DNA from: Octopus sinensis
Taxonomy: Eukaryota
Reading direction: 5' to 3'
Length of the DNA stretch: 12,842 bases
Assembly: GCF_006345805.1 (NCBI RefSeq)
Contig: NW_021826482.1
Span: 1-12,842 of the forward strand
In this document: piece by piece, positions 1 to 9,504 of the stretch
How positions within the stretch are numbered: position 1 is the stretch's first letter
Layout of the letters: the number at the start of each line of letters is the position of its first letter
Notes under the pieces: generated by a model
What the model saw: only the letters and a program-made list of their open reading frames with translations
The model's database searches: none
What the model was told of the DNA's origin: nothing
Made by a program: the position numbers and the translations under genes

Positions 1-150
1 CGGTTCGGCAAAAGAGACCGATAGAATAAGTACTGGCTTACAAAGAATAAGTCCCGGGGTCGATTTGCTCGACTAAAGGCGGTGCTCCAGCATGGCCGCA
101 GTCAAATGCCTGAAACAAGTAAAAGAGTAAAAGAGTAAGAGTAAAGAGTA
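1..150 (+). mobile_element. SINE family A, 3' part (cut by window edge) with (AAGAGT)n-like tail
   Basis: Near-identical to the 3' end of the full copy at 8476-8898 (cggttcggca...gaccgatagaataagtact...ggcggtgctccagcatggccgcagt...gaaacaagtaaaagag). Confidence 0.9.
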
Positions 151-177
151 TTTGAGACATTAAAAAACAGTTATACG

Positions 178-615
178 TACAGGTGTGGCTGTGTGGTAAG
201 AAGCTTGCTTCCCAACCACATGGTTCCTGGTTTAGTTCCACTGCGTGGTACCTTGGTCAAGTGTCTTCTGCTACAGCCACAGAGCGACCAAGACTTTGTC
301 ATTGGATTTGTTAGACAGAAACTGAAATAAGTGTATCGTGTATATATATATATATAGATGTGTGTGTTTGTGTGTATGTATGTGTGTATGTCTGTGTGTA
401 TGTGTCTTTGTGTCTGTGTTTGTCCTCCCCCATCGCTTTACAACTGGTGTTGGTGTGTTTATCTCCTCGTAATTTAGCGGTTCGGCAGAAGACATCGATA
501 GAATAAATAGACTTTAAGAAAATAAATACCGAGTTCGATTCATTCGCCAAATTTCTTCAAGACAGTGCTCCAGCATGGCCGAGGCCTTATAACTAAGACA
601 ATTAAACAATAAAGG
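178..615 (+). mobile_element. SINE family A, near full-length diverged copy (different 3' variant) with internal TA/TG microsatellite
   Basis: Collinear with 8476-8898: A-box-like tggctgtgtgg, B-box-like ggtttagttcc, ccttggtcaagtgtctt core, internal microsatellite at about 340-420, gtgctccagcatggcc near the 3' end, then (TA)n. Confidence 0.85.
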
Positions 616-1361
616 TATATATATATATAGAAACATTTACCTTTTGTTTTCTTGTTTAAAAAATTTTCTGGGATTATTTTTTTTGTCTTCTAATCTGGCT
701 TAAACTAAAACCACGTGACCTAATTACTTTCAATGAATGTTTTTAGGTAGTATTTTTATATTGTCTAATTTACTAATGTTTCTGTACTAGCTACTTCATA
801 CATCTACTTACTCAAGTCAACAATCATATATTCCAATTGACATAAATTTGTCATATTCCTTTTTACTTTTTTCCTAATTTATGAAATATTTCCCTGCGTT
901 TTCTATTTTATTTGCGATATTTTTACTTAATGTCTTCTTGTAATCATTATAGCTTTCTATTTACGTCGTATTATTTCTTCAAGACTTCACTGCAAATATA
1001 TTCTTATATTCTGTTGACATCAGACTTTGGATGCAGTTGTCTGGATCCTGTCATAATTTTCTTACTTTTCTTTTCCTATTTATGTTCTTCACTTCACTTA
1101 ATTTCCAATTGATCGCCAGTATTCTTATTTAGTGGCACAGCTAGTGTCTTTATTTTTATTGATTTGTTCTACATATTCAGTTCCTCCTAATTATTTTATT
1201 ACTTTGTGTTATTTCTGGGGTTTTTTTCTTCTTTTTAAACATTACTATATATTATACATTACCAGCTTAAGATAATTTTTATTTTAAGTATTCTTAGATT
1301 TCCAGACATTGAATATATTTATGATGCTTGTTTTGTTTTGTTTTTTTTTGTCAGTGTTATT

Positions 1362-1496
1362 GGCAAATTTCTCAAGTCATATGTTATTAATATAAGTATT
1401 TTTACAGAATTCTTAGACTATTCCTATTCAAGGCGCCGCTTGATTATCATTCCATGCATAAAGTTTTAAGTCAACCATGTACAAGAAGTGAGTTAT
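1362..1496 (-). mobile_element. Decayed reverse-transcriptase fragment of a non-LTR retrotransposon (RLE-type, R4/NeSL/CRE-like)
   Basis: Manual minus-strand translation from 1496: ITHFLYMVDLKLYAWNDNQAAP*IGIV*EFCKNTYINNI*LEKFA. This matches the non-LTR RT pattern I-x-H-L-L-Y-M-D-D-L-K-L-Y-A...F-G-L-x-K-C-A, with YMDD mutated to YMVD and 3 in-frame stops. Not in the ORF track. Confidence 0.75.
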
Positions 1497-1698
1497 TGAC
1501 CACCTCCAGACACTCGAATTTCACTCAGTATTTATAAGCGAAACTACAACTGTCGTTAAGGTGAATACACGACTTATTATTTTATCATCAGACTGCCGTT
1601 GCTAATGTTTCACGCAATGACTAATATGTACATCCAAACGTGTGGATGACTGCTAAATGTTTTGTATCATACTTATAATTCTTCTTCGACTGGTTAGC

Positions 1699-1753
1699 AA
1701 TTGAACAGGGACTGTATTGGAGCATCGAATTCAAGATTTTTGTTGAACACATC
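1699..1753 (-). mobile_element. Possible very old SINE family A 3' fragment
   Basis: An ungapped hand alignment to the reverse complement of 541-579 gives about 25/39 matches (tggagca...tt-aaga-ttt-g--gaa...atc). Confidence 0.35.
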
Positions 1754-1929
1754 CATTAGAAATATATATCTTAGTTTGTGTTAATTTTATCAGATGTTAT
1801 TTAGTGAACGGCCAGCTTACGTACCGTAACAAAACACAACATGTATACAGCAAAACCAGTTTTACACTTCTATAAACATAAACATACATACAAATATGCT
1901 TATCCCACAACCCCGCACATATTTCTGTG

Positions 1930-1933
<4 letters not shown>

Positions 1934-1978
<45 letters not shown>
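1934..1978. repeat. (TA)n microsatellite
   Basis: Perfect TA tract. Confidence 0.95.
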
Positions 1979-1981
<3 letters not shown>

Positions 1982-2515
1982 ATTATTCAATTTTTTTCAA
2001 GATTTCATGCCAATGGAGAAAGAACCGGTTTCTAACCTACATCCAAGGCTCCATTGGAATTTCAACATCAAAAACTGGGTATGTATGTATGTATGTATGT
2101 ATGTATGTAGTATGTATGTATGTATGTATGTATGTATGTATGTATGTGCAGATTTGTATGTTCTATGTATGTATTCTCATGCATATAGTTGGATATCTTG
2201 ACATACTCAAACATATTTAAATGATAACTTCTGGAAGGTTTTACGAATTTTTACAGTTCCAGTGATGGATTGGATCTGCAGTCTTCGAATTAGCTTTCTC
2301 CTTTCCGGTTTTGAAAAGCCTGATTGCTCAAGATTGGTATTTATGCAGTGCGTTACATATCCCAGGGCCCCAATAATTACAGGTATAAACATTAACTTTT
2401 AATCTGGATGGAGTAACTGCAGATTTCTTAATAGTTCCGCATAGGTGTTCTCTTTTTCACTGATCTTCAGCTTTATGTTAGCATCCGCTGGGCAGCTAAT
2501 TTCTACAACTGTGCA
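1979..2515 (-). mobile_element. 5'-truncated RLE-type non-LTR retrotransposon: endonuclease C-terminus (2515-2207) plus probable 3' UTR
   Basis: ORFs 2399-2584 and 2207-2392 are in the same frame, separated by one TAA: CTVVEISCPADANIKLKISEKENTYAELLRNLQLLHPD*KLMFIPVIIGALG...RLQIQSITGTVKIRKTF. The E-x-x-x-P...EK-x-x-Y and PVIIGALG...LQ...GT-x-KI patterns are typical of restriction-like endonuclease C-termini. Extending the element leftward past 2207 to about 1979 is inference. Confidence 0.8.
2079..2147. repeat. (TATG)n microsatellite
   Basis: Tandem TATG with one interruption near 2110. Confidence 0.95.
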
Positions 2516-2516
2516 C

Positions 2517-2547
<31 letters not shown>

Positions 2548-2582
2548 TGTATGTATGTATGTATGTATGCATGTATGTATGC

Positions 2583-2615
<33 letters not shown>

Positions 2616-2667
2616 TGTATGTATGTATGTATGTATGTATGTTTGTATGTATGTATGTATGTATGTA
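2517..2667. repeat. (TATG)n microsatellite, about 150 bp
   Basis: Long TATG array with a few variant units (CATG, TTTG). Confidence 0.95.
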
Positions 2668-2679
2668 CGTGTATATGTA

Positions 2680-2916
2680 CGTGGTGTAGTCAAAAAGTAT
2701 CCGAACTTTGGCCAAAAAACAAAAAAAGTAATATTTAAAATTCCCTATTTTGATTTAGATTCCCTCAAAGTATTCGCCTTGGGAGTCTACACACTTCTGC
2801 CAACGTTCCTGCCACTGCTGGAAACATTCTGGGAAATCACTTTTTGAGATGCCGTAGAGCTGCGCCGTCGAATCTTGTTTAATGTCCTCTGTTGACTCAA
2901 ATCTTCTCTCTTTCAA
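2680..2916 (-). mobile_element. Mariner-like (Tc1/mariner) transposon fragment: transposase C-terminus plus one terminal inverted repeat
   Basis: Translation LKERRFESTEDIKQDSTAQLYGISKSDFPECFQQWQERWQKCVDSQGEYFEGI* (stop at 2755-2757) fits the mariner C-terminal W-x-x-RW-x-KC...GEYFEG pattern. A TIR-like sequence cgtggtgtagtcaaaaagtatccgaactt at 2680-2708 is preceded by TA (2678-2679). Confidence 0.85.
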
Positions 2917-2954
2917 CCATTCATCGACACCAGCGTGCCATTGGGTCAATATTC

Positions 2955-3103
2955 GACATTACAGAAATATCAACAGCAGCATCATGTATAAAATAAGAAG
3001 TAATGTTTTTATCCTCTTTTTCAATGTTACGGTTAGATCTAGTACTTCACATATAAAAGTAAACCTTTTAATCGCGTTGTAAATAATTTTAAAATACTAC
3101 AAT
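2955..3103 (+). repeat. Dispersed direct repeat, copy 1 (partner at 4319-4474)
   Basis: 3007-3103 versus 4378-4474: 97 nt with a single mismatch (3080 T / 4451 C). The 5' part aligns with small indels. Confidence 0.95.
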
Positions 3104-3185
3104 AGAAATAAGAGTTAAAGGGCTCTATTGCTGCTCCCAACGCATATATAATTGTATACATACATACCGTCAGCGACCATAAATG

Positions 3186-3372
<187 letters not shown>

Positions 3373-3505
3373 GAGAATAGAAACGATTGTTGGATCTTAT
3401 GATCCAATCCGCAAATATAGATCTGATATTTTGCATCCTTGTTGATGTTATATATATATATGTATGTATGTGTGTGTGGGGGGGGATATCTATCTAGGTA
3501 TGTAT

Positions 3506-3583
3506 GCTAGGCGTAGAGGAAACTTGTTCAAGATGTCACGGTGTGAGATGGAACCTTGAAACCACGTGATTGTGAATCGAACC
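3506..3583 (-). mobile_element. Degenerate SINE family A head fragment
   Basis: The reverse complement (cacaatcacgtggtttcaaggttccatctcacaccgtgacatcttgaacaagtttcctctac) aligns with caaccacatggttcc...cccactgcgtggcatcttgggcaagtgtcttctac of the other copies. Confidence 0.6.
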
Positions 3584-4318
3584 TTTTTAGGCTTTCGATA
3601 AATTCCATATCTGTAATATAATGACACCACCGTTATCATAAACAATAACTTTTAGAAATACCAGTATCATTCTAGTTTAGAAACTCATGACGAACTTCAG
3701 ATGCATACTATAGCAATGACCAAATAAGAAACTGTACTAGCCTAGGTATTTGAAATGATTCAAACGGAACTGTGACAGCGAACAAAAATATTAACGAGAC
3801 AAGGAAAACACACAAGTGAGTTGGTTTCTTTTGCCTATATGCTTTATTGTTGTTTTGATACTTCTATTAACGATTATGGAAATTATTATCGGTAAGTCAC
3901 CTGGATAAATGGTTTGAAGGTATTCAGTTATATTTCTTGCTAAATCCAAATCCACATGGATCGACATCAATTTTTGTGTCTTATAGATAAAACGGAAGTA
4001 AGAAATCTGGGTGCTTTCGCTCGATCTGCTATCATTAGCACTCCAAAATATTCTTTAAATTTTCCCCTATAAATAAATATATTACTGGATAAAACAATTC
4101 TAAATATAACACAATAAAAATGAAGACGAAATTGTCACGGCTTGAATACTGGTGGACCGACGAAATATTAGCTTGTAGAAAAGCTTGGAAATAAACACGG
4201 ACGAACGAAACGGAAGCGATGACTGTGTGAAAGAAACATTAAAACTTTCAAAATATTCTCACAAATAAAACGAAACAACGCCATTTACTTTTCTTATGAG
4301 AAGTTTCGGTAAATATAA

Positions 4319-4474
4319 GACATTACAGAAATATCATCAACAGCAGCAACATTATGTATTAAAATAAGGAGTAATGCTTTTATCCTCTTTTTCAATGTTA
4401 CGGTTAGATCTAGTACTTCACATATAAAAGTAAACCTTTTAATCGCGTTGCAAATAATTTTAAAATACTACAAT
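4319..4474 (+). repeat. Dispersed direct repeat, copy 2 (partner at 2955-3103)
   Basis: See copy 1; this copy is 7 nt longer in the 5' part. Confidence 0.95.
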
Positions 4475-4519
4475 GTAAAAGTAACGGCTTAAAGCAATTT
4501 AAGGAAGATAAAATATGTC

Positions 4520-4736
4520 GGTTTCAAATTTTGGTAGAAGGCCAGCAATTTCTGGGGGAGAGTAACTTGATTACATCAACCCAACTGCTCAACTGATACT
4601 TATTTTATAGACCTTATAAGGATGAAGGGCAAAATGAACCTCGGTGGAATTTAAACACAGAATGCAAAGACCGACGAAATGCCGCTAAGGATTTTTGCTG
4701 CTCAGCGAGCTAACGATTCTGCTAGATCGTCGCCTT
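4520..4736 (-). mobile_element. SINE family B (tRNA-derived), near full-length diverged copy
   Basis: The minus strand begins aaggcgacgatctagcagaatcgttagc (tRNA-like A-box region), then ttctgtgtttaaattcc (B-box region) and the central ttgcccttcatcc...ataaaataagta domain. It is a homolog of 4745-4902 and 5408-5476. Confidence 0.8.
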
Positions 4737-4744
4737 TAGAAGAA

Positions 4745-4902
4745 CAAAGCCAGCAATTTCGAGGTGCTCAAATGGTATTTATTTCATTGAGCCAACAAGG
4801 ATGAAGGGCAAAGTCGAACCCGGTGGAAACTGAAATCAGAACGTAAAGATGGACGAAATGCCGCTAAGCATTTTGCTGCCCAGCGATCTAAGTATTCTGC
4901 TA
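4745..4902 (-). mobile_element. SINE family B, second tandem copy with internal deletion
   Basis: Collinear with 4520-4736 (gccagcaatttc...ggatgaagggcaaa...gacgaaatgccgctaag...ttttgctgc...attctgcta) but lacks about 30 nt after gcaatttc. Confidence 0.8.
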
Positions 4903-5407
4903 AACAGATAGAACATTTTACTACAAGATTTTAAGTCGTAATAATTTAGGAAATATCTTAACAGCAGCAGCAACATATACCGCAAATCCGTATTTATAAA
5001 TAGACTCACAGCATATATAAAATCATGCATTCAGTATACATACACACATTACCATCGACCCCCAGTACTACTACACTAATTCATTCTAGTATGCAAATAA
5101 TATAGATAACAGAGGAAGAACAATAACTTCGCAGAAACCTTGACATTGGAATAAAAATAGTGAACACGAAAGACTATCTGAACATGCTAGGGGTTCATTT
5201 AGTTGTTGTTGCAAAGTTCAACCCTCAGGGGCCCCATCAATTACATTTAAAACACCCAAACTGCCGAGTTACGCAAATGCAACCTATAGAACTGCTACAG
5301 CAATCTCTCCCGCTCAACCAAGAAAATTATTGAAAAATATATGTTCATACAGAAATAGCTACAATACCAATATCTTCACAGACCCCCTAATACTGCACCG
5401 AGTCTGG

Positions 5408-5476
5408 TTTGAACTCAGAACGTCAAAAGCCGGAAAGAGTAAAGAAAGGCAATTAGTCGGACGCTCTAACGATTCT
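5408..5476 (-). mobile_element. SINE family B-related head fragment
   Basis: tttgaactcagaacgt...ctaacgattct matches the heads of the two copies at 4520-4902. Confidence 0.6.
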
Positions 5477-6073
5477 CTTAAAAAGAAACTAAATTTGGAA
5501 TGAAAATATTTATAAAGCAATTCTTGCCATAAACTAAGAAATAAATATGACTATCTTTGTATTTCTTTTTCCTTTCTTTTCTTTTTGTTTTTCTTTCTTT
5601 TTTATCGATATGTTCGCTCATATCCTTCTTCGAGAAATTCCTGGATCACTGGGAATTGGTGAAACGCTTCAATGACAAGAGTTAATAGCGGCCTCAGTAG
5701 TCTTAAATTGCTTCGTCCAACAACAGTATTTTGTTGTTTCTTTTTATTCTTTGTTTGTCATTTTTGTGTTTTGTTCTTTTTTTTTTTTTTCTTTTCGTTT
5801 ATAGTGATAATACACTTGACCTGGCTAAACAGGACAATCAAATGTCTAGCAGTGTTGCGCATCCGAGTCGAAATTTCGCAAAACAATGATAAAATATAGC
5901 ATTAAAATAAAAATCAACAAAATGATTAATGAAAAAGAAATCCTTAACTGCTTTTCGTCTGGCTCCATTTTCCATCGAATTCGCGTCGTATTTGTTTTCC
6001 AATATATTATATGTATTTCTCTCTTTCCTCTTTCTTGCTTTCGTTATACTTGATTCGTATTCTTTATTTTTAT

Positions 6074-6196
<123 letters not shown>

Positions 6197-7215
6197 TGTA
6201 AGAAAGACTTCCAACAGGTCTACGCCTATAATTTTAGGGACGAAAATTTTTAACTGATATGTTGGCTTTCTGATAGGCATTCATCGATTCGCAATGTTTA
6301 TCGAAGTCTGATAAAATAAAATTTAAACTATGGTGATAAAGAATAAGATAGACAGCAGCGAAAACTTTGGGTTATTAAAACATTGTTTGTTCGTTTGTTT
6401 ATTTTTCAAGAAAAAAAAAATAATGTTAGCCTTTCATAAACTCTTTTCATAAGACAACTTTTTAGTTTTTTTTTTTGTTTAAAGAAAGATTAAAGAAAAT
6501 ATAATCATTCTACCTCAATTATTGAATCAATCTAAATAAAAAATGGCGTACTTTCAATTACTTTTTTTTTCTTCTACAGTTGACTGAATACAGCGTTACT
6601 TCTTTGAAATTGCTATCTTATTATTATTATAAGATAACGATTTTACATCGTTTTGAAGAGTTCTCAGCTATTATCTATCGTTATATTTTTCTTCCCAAAG
6701 GCAAGAACAAAAAAATTCATAGTTCATCTGATGTGATTGTTGTTACGAAACTGCGCCATTGTTCGATATATCAATAAATTCTAACTGCAGGGTAACACTA
6801 ATGGTGATGATGTTATGCCTTACATCATCAGAATTACACACTCACACATACATAAACACACACACAGACACAACGACACACACAATACGGACAACAAAAA
6901 ATATTAATAATCCATCCGTTTTTAATAGAGAAAAACACTTACACTAATAATCCATAAAAAATCGACACCATGTTCTTTGAGAACCAAACTCAACCGAAAA
7001 TTACTTAGCCAAGAAGAGTAAAAGAAAATGGCGTCTCCAGCGAGATGGGAATTTTAAACATTAGGATATTGATATAAATTGTTGCACAAAATTTCCGTTC
7101 ATGCAGGCGTTCTACTGCCTGAGTCATCACAATAGCGTTGATTGTATCAATACATGCATGATTACAAATGGCATGACAGTCGAATGTACGAAGGACATTA
7201 TATAATACTGCATAT

Positions 7216-7222
7216 GTATGTG

Positions 7223-7262
<40 letters not shown>

Positions 7263-7271
7263 TGTGTGTGT
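7216..7271. repeat. (TG)n microsatellite
   Basis: TG tract directly abutting the SINE head at 7272. Confidence 0.95.
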
Positions 7272-7686
7272 GGAGGCGCGTGGCTTAGTGGTTAGGGTGT
7301 CAGCATCATGATCGTAAGATTGTGATTTCGATTCGTGGACCGGGCGACGCGTTGTGTTCTTGAGCAAAACACTTCAAATCACGTTGCTCCAGTCCACTCA
7401 GCTGGCAAAAACGAGTGACAAAAAAGTAGCTTGCTTACCAGCCACATGGTTCCGGGTTCATTCCCACTGCGTGGCATCTTGGGCATGTGTCTTCTACTAT
7501 AGCCTTGGGCCAACCAATGCCTTGTGAGTGGATTTGGTAGACGAAAACTGAAAGAAGCTCGTCGTATACATGTATATATATTTATATGTATGTGTGTGTA
7601 TACGTTCCGTCCAGCTGGGGAACACATACGCCATAGAAACCGGGAAACCGCGCCCATGAGCCTGGCTAGGCTTTAAAAGGGCGCAT
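7272..7686 (+). mobile_element. SINE family C (tRNA-derived head, CORE-like motif), interrupted by a family A segment
   Basis: A-box tggcttagtgg (7281-7291), degenerate B-box gatttcgattc, and ttcttgagcaaaacactt resembling the CORE-SINE motif. The head is homologous to 12249-12360. Assigning 7607-7686 to the same element rests on my recollection of the octopus consensus. Confidence 0.7.
7424..7606 (+). mobile_element. 183-bp internal SINE family A segment nested in the family C element
   Basis: Ungapped match to 8498-8680 with 5 substitutions, including an identical 42-nt irregular microsatellite. Confidence 0.95.
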
Positions 7687-7699
7687 TTATTATTTTTTA

Positions 7700-7885
7700 T
7701 GCACACACACACACAGGTATATATAGATACATATATGTATACATACACTCTCGCACACACACATACACGTACACACGCACGTATTTATATGTGTGCGTGT
7801 GCGTGCGTGTGTGTGTCTGTGATGTGTGTATGTGTGAGTGTGTGTGTGTGTGAGTGTGTGTGTGTGTGAGTGTGTGTGTGTGTGA
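7700..7885. repeat. Mosaic (CA)n then (TG)n low-complexity region
   Basis: CA-rich left half, TG-rich right half, switching near 7785. Confidence 0.85.
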
Positions 7886-8475
7886 TTCTCCTGTATTTTC
7901 TTTTGCCCAAAGGTAGGGACTTTTCAGCACTCCATCTTACATACATATGTGTGTATGAGTCTATGTTTATATAATTTATATATAGATACATACATACATG
8001 TATAGAAAATCATACGTACACATACAACACATATATACATACAATATATATGCAGCATACAGACACGCACGCACGTACACACGCATTCATAAATACATAT
8101 ATATATATATACACACTACGAACACATATTTATAAATATATAATTTTACTGTATGAGCCTGCTTTGTTATATCCGTTACAGTTAAATTACGGTTTTATTA
8201 ACTAAACTCAGCCGATTAAGACATAGTTAAATCTCATCGCAATGTCAGTGCTGCCCAGTGTGACTAGAGTGAGAGATGAGTTCTGGAATGAAATCTTTCC
8301 AAAGAAGAAGCATGGAGAATTATAATTTGTTCGAATTGAGATTAAAGATGCAGAAGATGAATCAATAGCCTCCTTCATCAGCCTCTCTCTCACTCTCCCA
8401 CCATCTCTCTCCCTCCCTCTTTCTCCCCCCTCTCTCTCTCCTCTCGCACTATATATATATATATATATATATATA

Positions 8476-8898
8476 GGCGTAGGAGTGGTTGTGTGGTAAG
8501 TAGCTTGCTTACCAGCCACATGGTTCCGAGTTCATTCCCACTGCGTGGCATCTTGGGCAAGTGTCTTCTACTATAGCCTCGGGCCGACCAATGCCTTGTG
8601 AGTGGATTTGGTAGACGAAAACTGAAAGAAGCCCGTCGTATACATGTATATATATTTATATGTATGTGTGTGTATACGTTTGTGTGTCTGTGTTTGTCCC
8701 CCCAACATTGCTTGACAACCGATGCTGGTGTGTTAACGTCCCCGTAATTTAGTGGTTCGGCAATCAAGACCGATAGAATAAGTACTAGGCTTACAAACAA
8801 TAAGTCCTGGGGTCGATTTGCTCGACTAAAGGCGGTGCTCCAGCATGGCCGCAGTTAAATGACTGAAACAAGTAAAAGCGTAAAAGAGTAAAAGAGTA
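8476..8898 (+). mobile_element. SINE family A, full-length copy with (AAAAGAGT)-type tail, embedded in (TA)n
   Basis: ggcgtagg 5' end, A-box-like tggttgtgtgg (8486-8496), B-box-like agttcattccc (8529-8539), cttgggcaagtgtctt core, internal microsatellite and repeated tail. TA runs on both sides. Confidence 0.92.
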
Positions 8899-9065
8899 TA
8901 TATATGCATATGTACATAAACACGCAAAAACCCATACATATATGTGTGTGTTTGTGTGTGTATCGCTCACATTTCCTCTCGTTTTCTTTCTTTTCTCACC
9001 TCATACTGCCTGACACATGCACACTGGCACACAAACGCATACTGACTCAGTTACATACATACATA

Positions 9066-9504
9066 ATAGCCGTCCACTCGTGACCAAGGATATCCATTAC
9101 TGACCTTTAGGAACACTATGCACTCAAGACTACCTTATACTTTACCCTTACGGCTCCGTTGGGGACTAACGAGCCCTGCTCTTGACAAACATATACGACT
9201 GTAAACATTACAGACCATGCATTCCCCATTCATTACTAGCAGTGCATTTCCGAGAAGCACGCTTAAATTCTTCATGAAGAATACGTGCTCTTTCAAAGGT
9301 ATCAAGTCCCTCCTTTATCTGTTTCCACCATCTGTGGCGATTACAAGCAGTGCTCCCCTCTGTCAACCTCCCACATTTCACAGGCCTTTAGTGTGGACTT
9401 CACAGAGTCCTTAAGTTGCAGTCATGGCTTCTGCAGGGGTCACTTTCCACTAACAACTTCCCCATATAGCATCTGAAATGCAGGAGATTAAGAAGAAGCG
9501 ACTT
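9066..9504 (-). mobile_element. 5'-truncated RTE/BovB-like LINE (ORF C-terminus plus 3' UTR), decayed
   Basis: Minus-strand translation with stops and frameshifts: QMLYGEVVSGK*PLQKP*LQLKDSVKSTLKAC... / NRHRWWKQIKEGLDTFERARILHEEFKRASRK / CNVYSRICLSRAGLVSPQRS. This matches the RTE-clade LYGE...GKR...P...KD...K pattern and the terminal C-x2-C...SRAGL-x-SH zinc-finger remnant. Flanked by the direct repeat gttacatacatacata (9050-9065 and 9505-9520). Confidence 0.88.

Noticed and set aside
1540-1612. Hammerhead-like words (minus-strand CTGATGA at 1585-1591 with nearby GAAAC)
   Set aside because: No helix I between GTC and CTGATGA, and no helix II closing onto a GAAA; the topology does not fit.
3390-3434. 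Small palindromes (ttggatc-ttat-gatccaa; gcaaatat...atattttgc)
   Set aside because: 7-8 bp stems are expected by chance in AT-rich DNA and are not repeated elsewhere.
3795-3897. Hydrophobic, TM-like frame ending at a perfect GTAAGT donor
   Set aside because: T-rich DNA translates as hydrophobic by default, and there is no usable acceptor. Kept only as a speculative upstream partner of the exon chain.
5144-5503. About 120-codon stop-free plus frame without ATG
   Set aside because: It runs into a SINE fragment, with no recognisable motif or convincing splice sites.
5601-5760. Protein-looking short frames on both strands between T-rich tracts
   Set aside because: All plus frames stop quickly, and the minus frame (about 50 codons) has no start or acceptor.
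7272-7345. tRNA gene call for SINE heads (also 8476, 12249, 4736)
   Set aside because: A/B-box-like motifs are present, but I cannot build a full cloverleaf, and each continues into a SINE body.
8227-8385. Protein-looking plus frame (MSVLPSVTRVRDEFWNEIFPKKKHGEL*FVRIEIKDAEDES) and minus-strand CTGATGA at 8375-8381
   Set aside because: Internal stop, no splice signals, no recognisable family and no complete ribozyme core. It may be an unrecognised repeat.
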